From: Octopus vulgaris
Taxonomy: Eukaryota
Length of the DNA: 64,000 nucleotides
Assembly (NCBI GenBank): GCA_951406725.2
Contig: OX597831.1
Location: 59,334,001-59,398,000, forward strand
Direction: 5' to 3'
Position numbers and translations under genes: made by a program. Of the stretch, positions 41,550-54,649 are shown in pieces. Numbering within the stretch: the stretch's first letter is position 1; the number at the start of each line of letters is the position of its first letter. A model generated the notes under the pieces. The model had not been told where the DNA came from. It made no database searches and saw only the letters and a program-made list of their open reading frames with translations.

Positions 41550-43150
41550 AAATGTATACCCGAAATGCAGAGCTACGCGAATACACGCACATAGGTATGT
41601 ATATAAGGCATACAATCATTCACATATATATAGATATTATAACCTTCAATTCAATGGTATTTATTGCTATTTATGTGTAATTTAATTGATGCGTAAATTT
41701 TTACATAAAACGATAAGCATAGATACTTATCTGACATAAAATCGGTACGCTGAATATATATAGTGTTTGTTTACATTCTGGCTAGATATAAATCTTGTGC
41801 ATTACGTTATCATAAATGCACAGATACGCAAATACACGCTCATAGGTAGGTACATGAGGCATACAATCAAACATATATACGCATTATAACCATAAAACAC
41901 GCACATATATATGTACATAAGGCAAAAAGTTATACACTTATATGCGCATTAGAACCAGATCTATACCTAAAACAAGACTCTTTCTACCTTACCTACTTGT
42001 ACTTGTACTTGTGGCGACATTCACCCTCGGCAGGTTGTGTCGGCTTCTTCTACCATGCTCGAGGCATCTCGAACCATGGCAGTGGAAGAAATTTCGTGAA
42101 GATATGAATTTCACAAGCGGTCCTTAACAATCCCGCATGTAGAGACATCCTGTTTGCCGCAGATTGTCCGCAGACGCAGGGACAGAACGACCGAGGAGCC
42201 GCCGGTTGCCAAAACAGACACTCCGAGGATTTTCACCAGAGCCCCGTCTGCCGGGTTGTGGCCCTACTACCACTCGGTGTCAGACCAATCCGCCTTGGGT
42301 GGCACTACCAGGAACCGACGTTCGCGACGGCATAGCTCTGACACTACCTGTTGCCAGCATCCCCACCACGGTGAGGAGGGGATGGACTTTGGGGACGCTT
42401 CTACCTAACTAAATACATAATAATTTTGGCCTATTATCTTATGTGGCGATTAATTTTAAGGTATATTTAACAGTACTTATTAATTAAATAATATAGATGA
42501 AGTAAATTCCTATAAATTGATAATATCCCGAAATTAATTCCATAAACTAAATTTTAGCTGACTTAATGTACAAGATTTCTATCTATCACGAAAGTAAACA
42601 AGCAATATATATTATATATATATATATATATATAATAATATATATGTATATATATATATATATATATGTATTCATAGTGCTGATTATATGGTAGATAAAT
42701 ACTTATGCTTATCACTTTATGTAAGTGTGTTTAATAGAACCGTGAATTAAAACATGCTAAAATATAAATAAATACTACCGAATTGAGGGTTATAATGTGT
42801 ATATATATATATATGCATGTGTGTATGAGCGTATGTCTTATGTGTTTATCTATATGCGTGCATTCGAGTATCTGTGCATTTACGATGACGTAGGGCTCAA
42901 GATTTATATCTATCCACAATGTAAACAAACACTTTATATATTCATCGTGGCGATTATATGGTAGTAAAATACCTATGCTTATCATTTTATGTAAATATAT
43001 TTAATGGAATATTTAATTAAATCACATTAAATATAAACAAATACTAACGAATTGAAGGTTATACTGCTTATATATGTGTATTCTTGTATATCTTATCATA
43101 AATGCGCATATCTGTGCATTTATGTATACATTTATGTATATATTTATGTA
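41550..43150. repeat. Large diverged fold-back built from ~270-bp subrepeats
   Basis: 41636-41850 is the reverse complement of 42850-43063; 42683-42795 is directly repeated at 42952-43063. Confidence 0.7.
41993..42398 (-). mobile_element. Short non-autonomous RTE-derived retroelement with TSD
   Basis: Minus-strand 5' part CCGTGGTGGGGATGCT...GAGCTATGCCG...CTGGTAG.GCCACCCAAGGCGGA..GGTC resembles the RTE/BovB 5' UTR; (TACAAG)3 tail; flanking TTCTACCT.AC direct repeats at 41982 and 42399. Confidence 0.75.
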
Positions 43151-43230
43151 CGCGCATATATCCGTATGTCTATGGATATGTGTATATGTGTGTGTGAGTA
43201 TGTGTATAGGAGCTGGTATGTGTGCATATC

Positions 43231-43281
<51 letters not shown>

Positions 43282-43282
43282 G

Positions 43283-43420
43283 ATATAGTGTATATTTAAA
43301 TACATAGGGAATCCACTTATAGGGATTCTACGCGCTAGAAAGAACAGCTAAGTTATATAACCACCAAAAATTGGGGATAAGATAAGTGGATTCTCTATGT
43401 ATTTAAATATACACTATATG
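43283..43420. repeat. Short fold-back next to (TA)n
   Basis: ATATAGTGTATATTTAAATACATAGGGAATCCACTTAT / ATAAGTGGATTCTCTATGTATTTAAATATACACTATAT. Confidence 0.88.
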
Positions 43421-43537
43421 GTATGATTTATATATAGTCTTTTTGACTAGAATTTTGTTACGCGTTGGACCACTGGAAATGTAATTTTTGGTTGAATGTT
43501 TTTACTTCAATTAAATTCCATTTCCCTTTGATATGAT

Positions 43538-43581
<44 letters not shown>

Positions 43582-43734
43582 TATATGTCACTATTGTATC
43601 TAATTTTTATATTACTTTATTTTAGTCTACCTTCTTGCTCATATTATTTATTTCATACTGCATTCAAATTCAAGCACACACATAAGTAAAAATAAAATAA
43701 CCCAATACACATATTCCGCCACCATGCCCGTTAT

Positions 43735-43826
43735 AAATTTGCATTTATAACGAAAAAGATATACAATACAAGATCACATATGTGATCTTTTATTGTATAT
43801 CTTTTTCGTTATAAATGCAAATTTAA
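43735..43826. repeat. Near-perfect ~90-bp palindrome
   Basis: AAATTTGCATTTATAACGAAAAAGATATACAATA.AAGATCACA-TA-TGTGATCTT.TATTGTATATCTTTTTCGTTATAAATGCAAATTT. Confidence 0.92.
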
Positions 43827-44086
43827 GCCATAAATTTGTAATTTCATTAATAAGTACAATTGAAACAGGTGTAGGAAGTTTGATATATCATTATATTAAT
43901 AAATAATTATTAATTTTCCTCTTATCACTTTCGTTCCTTTTCTGCTATTAAGAAAAATCGGATTATATGCATAACATATACCTACTGATTTAGGGAAATT
44001 TTATTCTCCCAAAATATATTTCGTATAGATCCAGTGTTTTCGTGGATATAATCATATCTTAATGACGTTAATAATCCTGTATTTAA

Positions 44087-44128
<42 letters not shown>

Positions 44129-44237
44129 GTGAGTGTGTGTATGTGTGTGTATATATATATATATGTATATATAGATATATAAATATATACATATATATAT
44201 TTATATGCATATATATATACACAAACACACACACACG

Positions 44238-44305
<68 letters not shown>

Positions 44306-44654
44306 TTAAATACGGAATATGTTAACCGCATAAAATGATGGCTACATCCGAAAAAATGATTATCATCACATTCCGTCACTCATCACTGATATTATCACTG
44401 TTATTTTTTATGCAAGTTTTTTTTCTATAAATACATCGATGATTTCTTTTCATTCTTTTGATTTCTATCCTTTTATATACGTCGATTATGTTACTTTTTT
44501 TTACATATTTAATACGCCTTTCTATGCTTATTCAATATGCATTTTAGAGCCTATGTGCTTGTAGATATGTTTATATCTGTAAATATATAGAGCTGTTGTG
44601 TGGCATGAATGGCATGCCCAGTTGTGTGAGAGTAATGTAATTCAGATGCATATG

Positions 44655-44756
<102 letters not shown>

Positions 44757-44859
44757 GAAGTAAACACATAAATGTGAAACAAGGTGGAAAAAAAGAGTAC
44801 TCAAATACCAGAGGTAGAGTAATATGCTTTATTTAAAATCAGCAGAAATTTAACAAATA

Positions 44860-44896
44860 CTGTTACTCGGAGTTTCACGTTCCCGTCGTCGGACAG
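44860..44896 (-). ncRNA. Type I hammerhead (CCGACGA core) on a long extended stem I
   Basis: Minus strand: CTGT-CCGACGA-CG GGAA CG T-GAAA-CTCCGAG-TA-ACAG. Stem I extends ~30 bp (44828-44927). The element sits between (TA)n tracts. Confidence 0.72.
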
Positions 44897-45162
44897 CTTT
44901 GTTAAATTTCTGCTGCTTTTAAATAAAATATATACATATATATAATTATATATAGTAGTGACTGTGTGGTAAGTAGCTTGTTTACCAACCACATGGTTCC
45001 GGATTCAGTCCCACTGCGTGGCACCTTGGGCAAGTGTCTTCTACTATAGCCTCGGGCCGACCAAAGCCTTGTGAGTGGATTTGGTAGACGGAAACTGAAA
45101 GAAGCCCGTCGTATATATGTATATCTATCTATCTATCTATCTATCTATATATATATATATAT

Positions 45163-46108
45163 AGTAAAGAAAAAATAGTAAAGAAAAAATAAGATGGCTA
45201 GCAGCAGGCTGTTTCGCCTCATACCGAAGGAATTAGAAATGGCAGTCAAAGACCGTTTTTCCATTTTCTATAAGTGGAGAATCCAAAAGCGAAGGCCCTT
45301 ACGGCTCACATACACAAAACCGGAGTGGCAAATATACGAAATCAGTCACTTACCGTTAACAGCGAACACGTGTTTCTGGTTCGCAAACATAGAAATTAGT
45401 TTGAATTCCGTCATCGGCGCTATATTCGATAGCTTTACCAAATGCCACCAGCCCTCACTTCTGACCCAGCGACATCAGATAGTGGGGTAAGAGCGCAGAT
45501 GTTAAAACTAAGTAGCGACTGGGAACGTAAATTTTCCCTCCAAAATTCTGGCATGCGCGCTTTCTGGGTAATCGTAATGGAATGAGGAATCCACATGGTA
45601 ATGCAATAAAGATGGTAAATAATTTTCCTGTGGTTTTTCATGTAACCAACAATTATTTACCGGTAAATTTCGGTATGTAAATACGACAAATTAATTGTCA
45701 GGACCTTTGTAAGGTTCAGTATATAGTAAAGAAAAAATAAGATGGCTAGCAGCAGGCTGTTTCGCCTCATACCGAAGGAATTAGAAATGGCAGTCTAAGA
45801 CCGTTTTTCCATTTTCTATAAGTGGAGAATCCAAAAGCGAAGGTTTTGTGTATGTGAGCCGTAAGGGCCTTCGCTTTTGGATTCTCCACTTATAGAAAAT
45901 GGAAAAAACGGTCTTTGACTACCATTTCTAATTCCTTCGGTATGAGGCGAAACAGCCTGCTGCTGGCCATCTTATTTTTTCTTTAGTATATACTGAACCT
46001 TACAAAGGTCCTGACAATTAATTTGTCGTATTTACATACCGAAATTTACCGGTAAATAATTGTTGGTTACATGAAAAACCACAGGAAAATTATTTACCAT
46101 CTTTATTG

Positions 46109-46111
<3 letters not shown>
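45163..46111 (-). mobile_element. pLTR/retrozyme-like insert: 549-bp unit, partial tandem repeat and inverted copy
   Basis: 45177-45294 is repeated at 45726-45843; 45602-45843 is inverted at ~45866-46111. Confidence 0.85.
45361..45421 (-). ncRNA. Type I hammerhead (CCGAUGA core)
   Basis: Minus strand: AGCG-CCGATGA-CGG AATTC AAAC..GTTT GCGAA CC A-GAAA-CACGTG-TT-CGCT. Confidence 0.75.
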
Positions 46112-46173
<62 letters not shown>

Positions 46174-46404
46174 TGTGTGTGTTTGTGTGTCTGTGCTTGT
46201 CCCCCTAGCATTGCTTGACAACCGATGCTGGTGTGTTTATGTCCCCGTTACCTAGCGGTTCGGCAAAAGAGACCGATATAATAAGTACTGGGCTTACAAA
46301 AAGAATACGTCCCGGGGTCGAGTTGCTCGATTAAAGGCGGTGCTCCAGCATGGCCGCAGTCAAATGAGTGAAACAAGTAAAAGAGTAAAAGAGAGAGTAA
46401 AGAG

Positions 46405-46435
<31 letters not shown>

Positions 46436-46513
46436 CTATCCACAAGGATATATAGAGACAAATGTGTTTATGCATATTCGTGTATGTATTCATGCAGCTA
46501 TATGCTAGCATGT

Positions 46514-47017
46514 GGAGGCACAATGGCCTAGTGGTTAGGGCAGCGGACTCGTGGTCGTGGGATCTCGGTGTCGATTCGCAGCCGGAGTATTGTGACTGTT
46601 TATTGAGAGAAAACAATTAAAGCTCCACGAATCTCCGGCAGGGGTTGTGGTGAACCCTGCTGTACTCTCTCACCACAACTTTCTCTCACTCTTACTTCCT
46701 GTTTCTGTCGTACCTGTATTTCAAAGGCCCAGCCTTTTCACATTCTGTGTCACGCTGAATCTCCCCAAGAACTATGTTAAGGGTACACGTGTCTGTGGAG
46801 TGCTCAGCCACTTGCACGTTAATAAGTGAGCTGCGACGTCACTGGTGCCAAGGTGTATCGGCCTTTGACTTTCCCTTGAATAACATCGGTGGTGTGGAGA
46901 AGGAAGAAGGTATGCATGGGTGACTGCTTGTCTTCCACAAACAATCTTGCCCAGACTTGTGTCTCGGAGGGTAACTTTCTAGGTGCAATCCCATGGTCAT
47001 TCATGACCGAAGGGGTT
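46514..47017 (+). mobile_element. tRNA-derived SINE family C
   Basis: GGAGGCACAATGGCCTAGTGGTTAGGGCAGCGGACTCG (A-box)...GGTGTCGATTCG (B-box) followed by a ~430-bp body. Confidence 0.8.
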
Positions 47018-47119
47018 GGGGGTCACAATATGCCGTGCGTATGCAATTTCCGTGTATGAGTCTATTTGCTTCTTAACATATTCTGTAAATGGAAAACTTT
47101 CATGATGAATATTCTTTTA

Positions 47120-47248
47120 TTCTTTTATTCTTTTACTTGTTCCTATTATTTGAATGCGGCCATGCTGGAGCACCGCCTTTGCCGATCCGCGAAGTTACAG
47201 GGACGTAAACACACCAGCATCGGTTATCAAGCGATGGTGGGGCACGAA

Positions 47249-47339
<91 letters not shown>

Positions 47340-48008
47340 GTGTACACAAGAGAAACTACCTTTAACAGGCAGCTTTAGGTGCTAGACACAGTAAAAAAGA
47401 ATTGAATGAAAAATAAACATTTTTACCTTGTCATTTTTTTATGGTAAAACCTAAGTTTCGAATTTTATTTAGCAAATAAATTAACTTGCTAGACGAAGTT
47501 ATCTTCAGTGACCGCGCCATAACATTAACATATAATTTAAAGACAAATAACAACATCTCTCATCATTATATATTATGATTTTTCAAATTCACCGCGTAGG
47601 CGCAGTTTCAGTCGGCAGCAGATGAAAAATGCCGAGCTAATTTTCTGAAAATTCTAAAATCATATATACGTAAAATATATAGGGTAGTGAGTCTTTAGAA
47701 ATTTCACTACCAGTAGTCTACCATGTACAAATAATGTCAATAGACAACATATTCTCAATATAAAATAGTGTACATTTAAACACAAGAGAAACTATCTTTA
47801 ACAGGCAGCTTTACACGCTAGAAGAAGCAGTCAAAACGACCAAGACCACATTTAAGATGGGCTTCTTTGAGTTTCTCTCTACCATATCCACTCACAAGAC
47901 AGTGGCCTGCCTGAGGCTATAATAGAAGACACATACCCAAGGTGCCAAGATGTGAAACTGAACCCGAACCATGTAGTTGGGAGGAAATCTACTTACCACA
48001 CAGCCACT
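47120..48008 (-). mobile_element. SINE family A split by a ~520-bp insert at its internal microsatellite
   Basis: 3' half at 47120-47260 and 5' half at 47858-48008. The insert (47337-47850) has terminal direct repeats ATAGTGTACA..CAAGAGAAACTA.CTTTAACAGGCAGCTTTA. Confidence 0.8.
47443..47513 (-). ncRNA. Degenerate type I hammerhead
   Basis: Minus strand: GGTCA-CTGAAGA-TAAC...TAGCAA..TTGCTA...TTC-GAAA-CTTAGG-TT-TTACC. Confidence 0.58.
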
Positions 48009-48819
48009 TTTTTATATGTATATAAAAATATATGAAAGTATAGACTGCGGTAAGTAACGTGAATATATTCACTGCCTCTCTCAAGGAGACCAATAATATT
48101 TTGCATAACATTTATGCCTTTCAAATAATCTTTCTTGCTGTCAATCAAATATAATTATAAATTCTTTATTTATTTTTTATCAAGCCGGGTTTATAATTTC
48201 TGTGTCGCTAAAGATACGGCCTACTCTAATGTAATGTTGCAAATTACACAAAATTTTATATTAAACGTTTGTATGATTTTAGTAATTGTAAGATTTTCTG
48301 CAAACAAGTATTTTTGAAAGGTTCATCATATTACATATACAATATAATTTGTATCGATTTAGTTCCTCTTTAAAATATATCTCTATGCAAATTTCTAACA
48401 CCTGCTTATACATTTAAAGATCAAAGTTTACCCGACTGGATATTTTGAGAAGAATGTGTAAAATACAAACGTGTGTGTATATATTATATTCAGTCACCTG
48501 ATAATCCAAAGCTTTCATGTTACGATCTAAACAAGCTGGCAAAATGGACGTTACACTCTGATACTATCAGAGAAACGAAAACTACCAGCATAAATTAAAA
48601 TATAAATGTAAAACACTTTTCAATATGTCGCTGTGCGATTTGGTTTGCAACATTCTTTATGTGAGTTCGTGTGTTGAAGCATATTTTGTTGTGTCTGGGG
48701 AGAGTCATACACAGAGCTAAATATGAAATATACGTAGTAGGCAATAATACCCCATACCCATAGATTATATTTATATACAGGTAGAAGAGTTAGTGGTCTG
48801 TTATGTAGATGTATGTATG

Positions 48820-48877
<58 letters not shown>

Positions 48878-50418
48878 CGTGTACGTGTGAGTGTGTGTGT
48901 GCGTGCGCGCGCATGTGTGTATAAGCATATATACATATATATATATATGCATATGTATATGCACATGTATGTAGGCAAATGGATATGAATGTAAATAGAT
49001 CGAGATACAGACGGATAGGTACATAGGTAATATGAACAGACAAGCACACATACACACATACACACATACGTGCATACATACACACATGTGTATGCGCGCA
49101 CACACTGACCCACACACATGCGCACAAACAAACAAAAAGAACGCAGCTCGGACAACGGACAGTTAACGACTATTGAAAAGGTTGCAAGACGCAACGAAAA
49201 TTTTAGAATAATAAATAAGTAATTGAGTGTTAACTTTACCGGTGAGTGTGTTAAATAAGAAGGTACTAAACGAGAATGACTCCCCAGACACAACAAAACT
49301 TTTCAATATGGTTTTACAAGAAAGAGCCATGCAATGGCAGAAACATCTAAGCGCTAGGAAAAATAGCTAGTACGTTGTTTTCTGTCATTTTTACGATCTG
49401 TTGTATTTTGCCTTTCACCCGACTGAGTTCTAGCGGTACAAATGAAGTATTGATTCGATTTGTTCAACTTCCAGCCTTAGATTTCCGAACAATATGATAG
49501 TAATAGTGCAGAACTAAAAGTTATCCCTTGTACATTTTTTGAAGTAAGTTCTCAAACATTGCAAGCCTTTTCAATTGACATAGATACTCAGAATTAATGA
49601 ACCATTCGCTAAGTTTTGTATTTAAATGTAACGGGGATATATATTCAGAAAAACTCTAAATAATGGTTTCAATTAATAATTAATGAAGAAGTATATTTTT
49701 TGTTTTCAATTAGAAAACGAAACTGTTATTGATTTCTTATTTATTCGAAATATGATTTGTTATAACTTCATTTTTTCTGGCATAATTTATTAATAACAAA
49801 CTACACCTGTTAGTATAATCAGAAATAAAATGAATTCACTGCAAAAACATAAATATTAAGAAAGATTTGCTGAATTCATAAATGTAATTCTCAGGAAAGC
49901 TTAAAATTATTGCAATGAATGACAATCACGAATTGAGTCATGTTAAGACCATGTTCGAAAAAGAGAAAAACAACAACGTTATATTCTAGATTTATACAAA
50001 TTCTGGAATTAAAACAGGAAATTACATTTAAGTTTAATTTAAATAAACAATGAAAATTGTCAAACTTTCACTGCCAATGCAAATTTAAATTTCTTTCATT
50101 AAATATCTAATGAGGCTCTCAAGATAATCATTCGGACTTCATTTAATAAATTGCATATCTGCCAAACAGGTACAAGTCACTAATTTTTAAATTTTATTTT
50201 AATGTTCTAAAATTTGTTTTGATTGCTACATAAAAAAGGGAATCTTTTCGATTGCCATTTACGTCAATTACTCTAATATTGATAGTCAAAATCTAGGCGT
50301 AGACCAGTGCTGAGCAATTCCCGCAAAATAACGTTAGTTCTGACTAAAGCGACATTTATTTGTGCCTCCTCTATTTTTCATATATTCATTCATACATACA
50401 TGCATACATACATACCGC

Positions 50419-50467
<49 letters not shown>

Positions 50468-52089
50468 ATACACCCTCTCTCAAACATAGTGTACTCTCTG
50501 AAAAATTAATTCAATTATGGTAGTGAACTTACATCTTATTTAAGGTACTACTACAAAATAGCCAGTGCATACCAAAAGCAGTGTTTAAGAGAGGCGAATA
50601 CGATAGTGTCTTTGCGATGTTACTCGCTCCAAAGTGCTACGTGGAGCTGCTTTGTGGTAACAATGCCTTTGGAGTGCAAAAGATGCTTCCCGCACAACGG
50701 ACAAACATCCACCCCACACACATTTACTTAACTCAAGCGATGTTTTCGACGCAGGCGTAATCTCGACGTTTTGGGAGTTGGCTGAAAAGGTAATATACTT
50801 GAGATCTAGCGTATGATTTCTGAATTAGCGTTGCTTGAAATTCTAAGTTAAATGGTTAAATCCAGAATACCTTCTCTTTCTGACTCACTTTGGTCATGTG
50901 TTAAGATTTCTTTCATATATAATAGCTTTTCAGTGAATCCACTCCTCGTTACAAGAAGAGCGGTCTTGTTAAAGATACCCCTATATGCTGATCAGAGATA
51001 ATTCTACTAGGCATGTGACTAGGCTGTGTGTGCACACCGCAAGATGTACTAAGTTGAAAAATAATCCTCATTTGGTCACATTCCATGACAGTAAATTCGT
51101 TAGCCTATGAACATTTCATCCGACCCTTCTACGGCCTATGAACAAAGAAAATAACCGATGTCACTTCCAGACCAGTAACACAAAACCAAGGGTCCTGGCG
51201 GAAATGTCGGTTTTGGTATTTAAAACAATATTGTAGGGAGATAGACATTATGTGTGTATGTGTATGTGTGCGTGTGTGTGTGTGTGTGTGTGCATGTGTG
51301 TACATATATATATATGCATATATATACGTGTGTATTTACACTTGTGGTTGTATGTTTTAATGCCTTTGTTAATGTTTCAAAGTATGCGTTTAAGAACTTC
51401 ACTATCATAAGTTGTTGCCAAAATTCACTGCTTTATACCGCGAGGTGAGAATGCACGACAAAGTAACTAAAACCTATGATGTATTTGCGTTTCCTTTATT
51501 CAATCATAATTTGCCGAAATAGACATGTTTAACTTGTACTAAATAATGAAATTAATTTTGAATCCTCCATTTTGCCTTGTCAGTGAGAATCTCTGTCTAT
51601 TTGATGAATTGGTATCGATGCTATAATGAACATGTGTGGCTATAATCGAATTTTCCACATTCATGAACACTGCTTGTTACTATTTCTCTTTATAGGGAAT
51701 ATACATTAAATATTCATAGCGGTAAGTAATGTGATATATTCTCTTTATCACTTATTCAGCCCTTCAGGGAAACTTTAATGAGATCACCATGTACAGTGCG
51801 GGGACGGTATGTTTCCCATAATTTCAAAGCTGCTTACATTCTCTCGCTGGCGCTTTATATGAAGCGTCTCATCGTCTGGCTCTGGTTGGTACCAAAACCT
51901 CTTTCTGTCAACAAGTACTGAGGTGGTGGGACGTAAACACGCAAACACAGACACAGACACAGACAGACAGACAGACACACACACACACACATACACACAC
52001 AAACTCACACATACAGGTATACGACTGGATCTATCAGGTTCCTTGATAGATCTCTGGAAAACAGAGATCCTCCTGTTAGGGTAATTACT

Positions 52090-52700
52090 GATGTTATTAA
52101 AGAAACTCAGGTACTGCTTCGATGAAATGAGAGTTCTTGAACATGTCAAACTATGTATCAGTGACAATAAAATTGTGTTGATGGCTTTTGTTCAACCAAA
52201 TGTAGACAATGGGTCTAATATCTGGTCTGTAAATGCAAAGCACAAAGGAAACAGTAAAGTAAGAATTGTCTTGGCACGGTCAGTGATGAATGTGATATCC
52301 GCAATATGGGACACCGATGAGTTAACGTCATGAAAACACAGATTTTAGTGTTGCTGCAAAAATAACATATTTTTTTTAATGAATTTGAATGTTGGGCACT
52401 TATGAAAGTAGCAGAGCGCAAGTTATATGGGTTTATGTTAAGGTTGATTAATAATGTTTTTTAGTGAAACGTTTATCGACCGGTGTACACTTAAGCATGT
52501 AGAACACCGGTGGTATAAAAAGGACGATGTTGACTGTAGGCAATTGCTAAGGAAAATAATAATTCATTAAAGGGAAAGAGGCCGACCATGGGAAAGTATA
52601 TGTAAGAGTTACCAGAAGACATGAGCTTTGAAAGAATCTGTAATGCAGCGATGATGGAGACGGAGACTGGCCAAACAGATCTGAGTCCGCTCGACATGGC
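52090..52700 (+). mobile_element. Very old LINE 3' remnant
   Basis: KIVLMAFVQPNVDNGSNIW resembles LY.A.I.P..DYG..IW; downstream GRP...AM.D.D.W-like sequence. Confidence 0.35.
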
Positions 52701-54452
52701 ACACATAAAATATTGCTTGTATGAATGTTCAAGCTTTTTGGAGAGAGAGAGAGAGATAACAAGACAAAAAAGAGAATAATATTTCGTGAGGCACACATCG
52801 TATACAGTGTGGCCACGTTTGCTGTATATATTAGATATCTTTATCTCTCAGTGTCGAAATCGCTGCTTGAGCAGGCAGTTGAGATCGCAAAATAATATGT
52901 TAATACAGACAACATAGATCTTTCCTTTCATTATTTTTCGTAAATGTGTGAGAATTTATATACAAATATAATCTCTTTAATCATTTAAATATATTTGACG
53001 CATAGCATATGAAAAACATTAGCGATATGACAAAAATTCATTACTAGTTAATATCTCGTACGATTTGTGAATTTTATATTGCAGAAAGTAAATTTTGGCA
53101 AGTAAATTTTGGCAAATCTAAAATGCTCTCAACACTAAGTATATATCAATTCATAACAATAGCGACAAAATTCTAATTCATAGCAGATAATCCGCAAAAT
53201 AAAATAACTTTGGTGGTGGATTTAATTATCAATGATCCAGATAAATCACTTTATACACTAAGCTTTCAAATCCAAATTGAATACAGTATATTACTGCTGA
53301 TCTACGTACTTCCAAAGAAACTTGTTATGTCTCATAGAATTTGTTTCTTTTTAAACTAGAATTTAATAATTGGATACGGATGCTAAATTATTTATGAATG
53401 CTGCATCGAAATGGTACACTTTCGTATATCAATGTGAATACTATAGTTTGACGGTGGGGAGTAATTTTTATCAATTAACATACAAAACACAATGCAATAT
53501 GGTGATTCATAATGTAGGGAAAACATGTGACTCGCTATATAAAAACAAAAAGGAGTGTGTTAGAAGATAATTCACTTTCTTGGTAGAATGTATTTTACAT
53601 TATATAGTCTACATTGTTTGTGACCGGTTTTTGTGACAGGTTCCATTTTATTGTTTATTAGTATTCATATATAAATGAATATCACTTTTTCAGAAAAAGA
53701 TATAGTTGCAATATTTCAATATGTGAAACCAGAAGTCACGTATGTTAATTCTTTTCCTAGTCTTTCATGTCGGTTCTTTCGGGATATATTCTATAGTGAG
53801 ACTATACTCCCATCTGTCCGTATATAGAAATCTGTCAAACAATAGTGGCAAATGTTTGATTTCTAACCAAAAGTAAATCCTCTGGGGTTTCTTAATACGC
53901 TTCAGTTTCTGATAATCAATAACTGTGCTATTTATATAATTCTTTAGAGGGAAAATGTCATCGTTCATTACACGATTTTAGTCAGATTAAAACCATATGG
54001 GTATTGTTCATTGTAATTTTATTGTCCCATACATCCAGCACGGTAGTATTTGCTTCGGGACACTAAATGTTCCATATAAATTAAGATTACTCCATAATGA
54101 GTTCAAATTATGTGCGATGAAGCTTGGATTTCATCCAACCAAGAGGCAAGACTAGGTCTGCAAGGATTCGTTTTCACTTCCAAATACGGTCATTTATCTA
54201 AGCAAGTTTAAGACCTAACATGGTTAACCATAAAACGTATGTAGGCATGTATGCATGATGCATGCATGTGTGCATGTTGCATGTATACATACATGCCCGC
54301 ATGCATGTATATCTGCATTTATGTACGTTCTATACATACATACATACATACATACACATGTATACATACAAGAATACAACTTAGACTGGATTATACATAA
54401 ATATACGTGCATACATGTATATGTATATATAAATATACGTGAGCATACATAC

Positions 54453-54493
<41 letters not shown>

Positions 54494-54613
54494 GCCGAAG
54501 TCCAAAATGGAGAAGTTGAAGACTTCCGTTCTTCCCTAATGTCAAATCAATACACTTGCATGTTCTTCCTTCAACTAAATTCGTCTTTAGTTTTATGAAA
54601 ATTTGGATTATAT

Positions 54614-54648
<35 letters not shown>

Positions 54649-54649
54649 C

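Larger units (their letters stand above)
44955..46405 (+). mobile_element. SINE family A split at its internal (TA)n by a ~950-bp insertion
   Basis: The 5' half (44955-45120) and 3' half (46171-46405) join into the element seen intact at 38631-39043. Confidence 0.9.
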
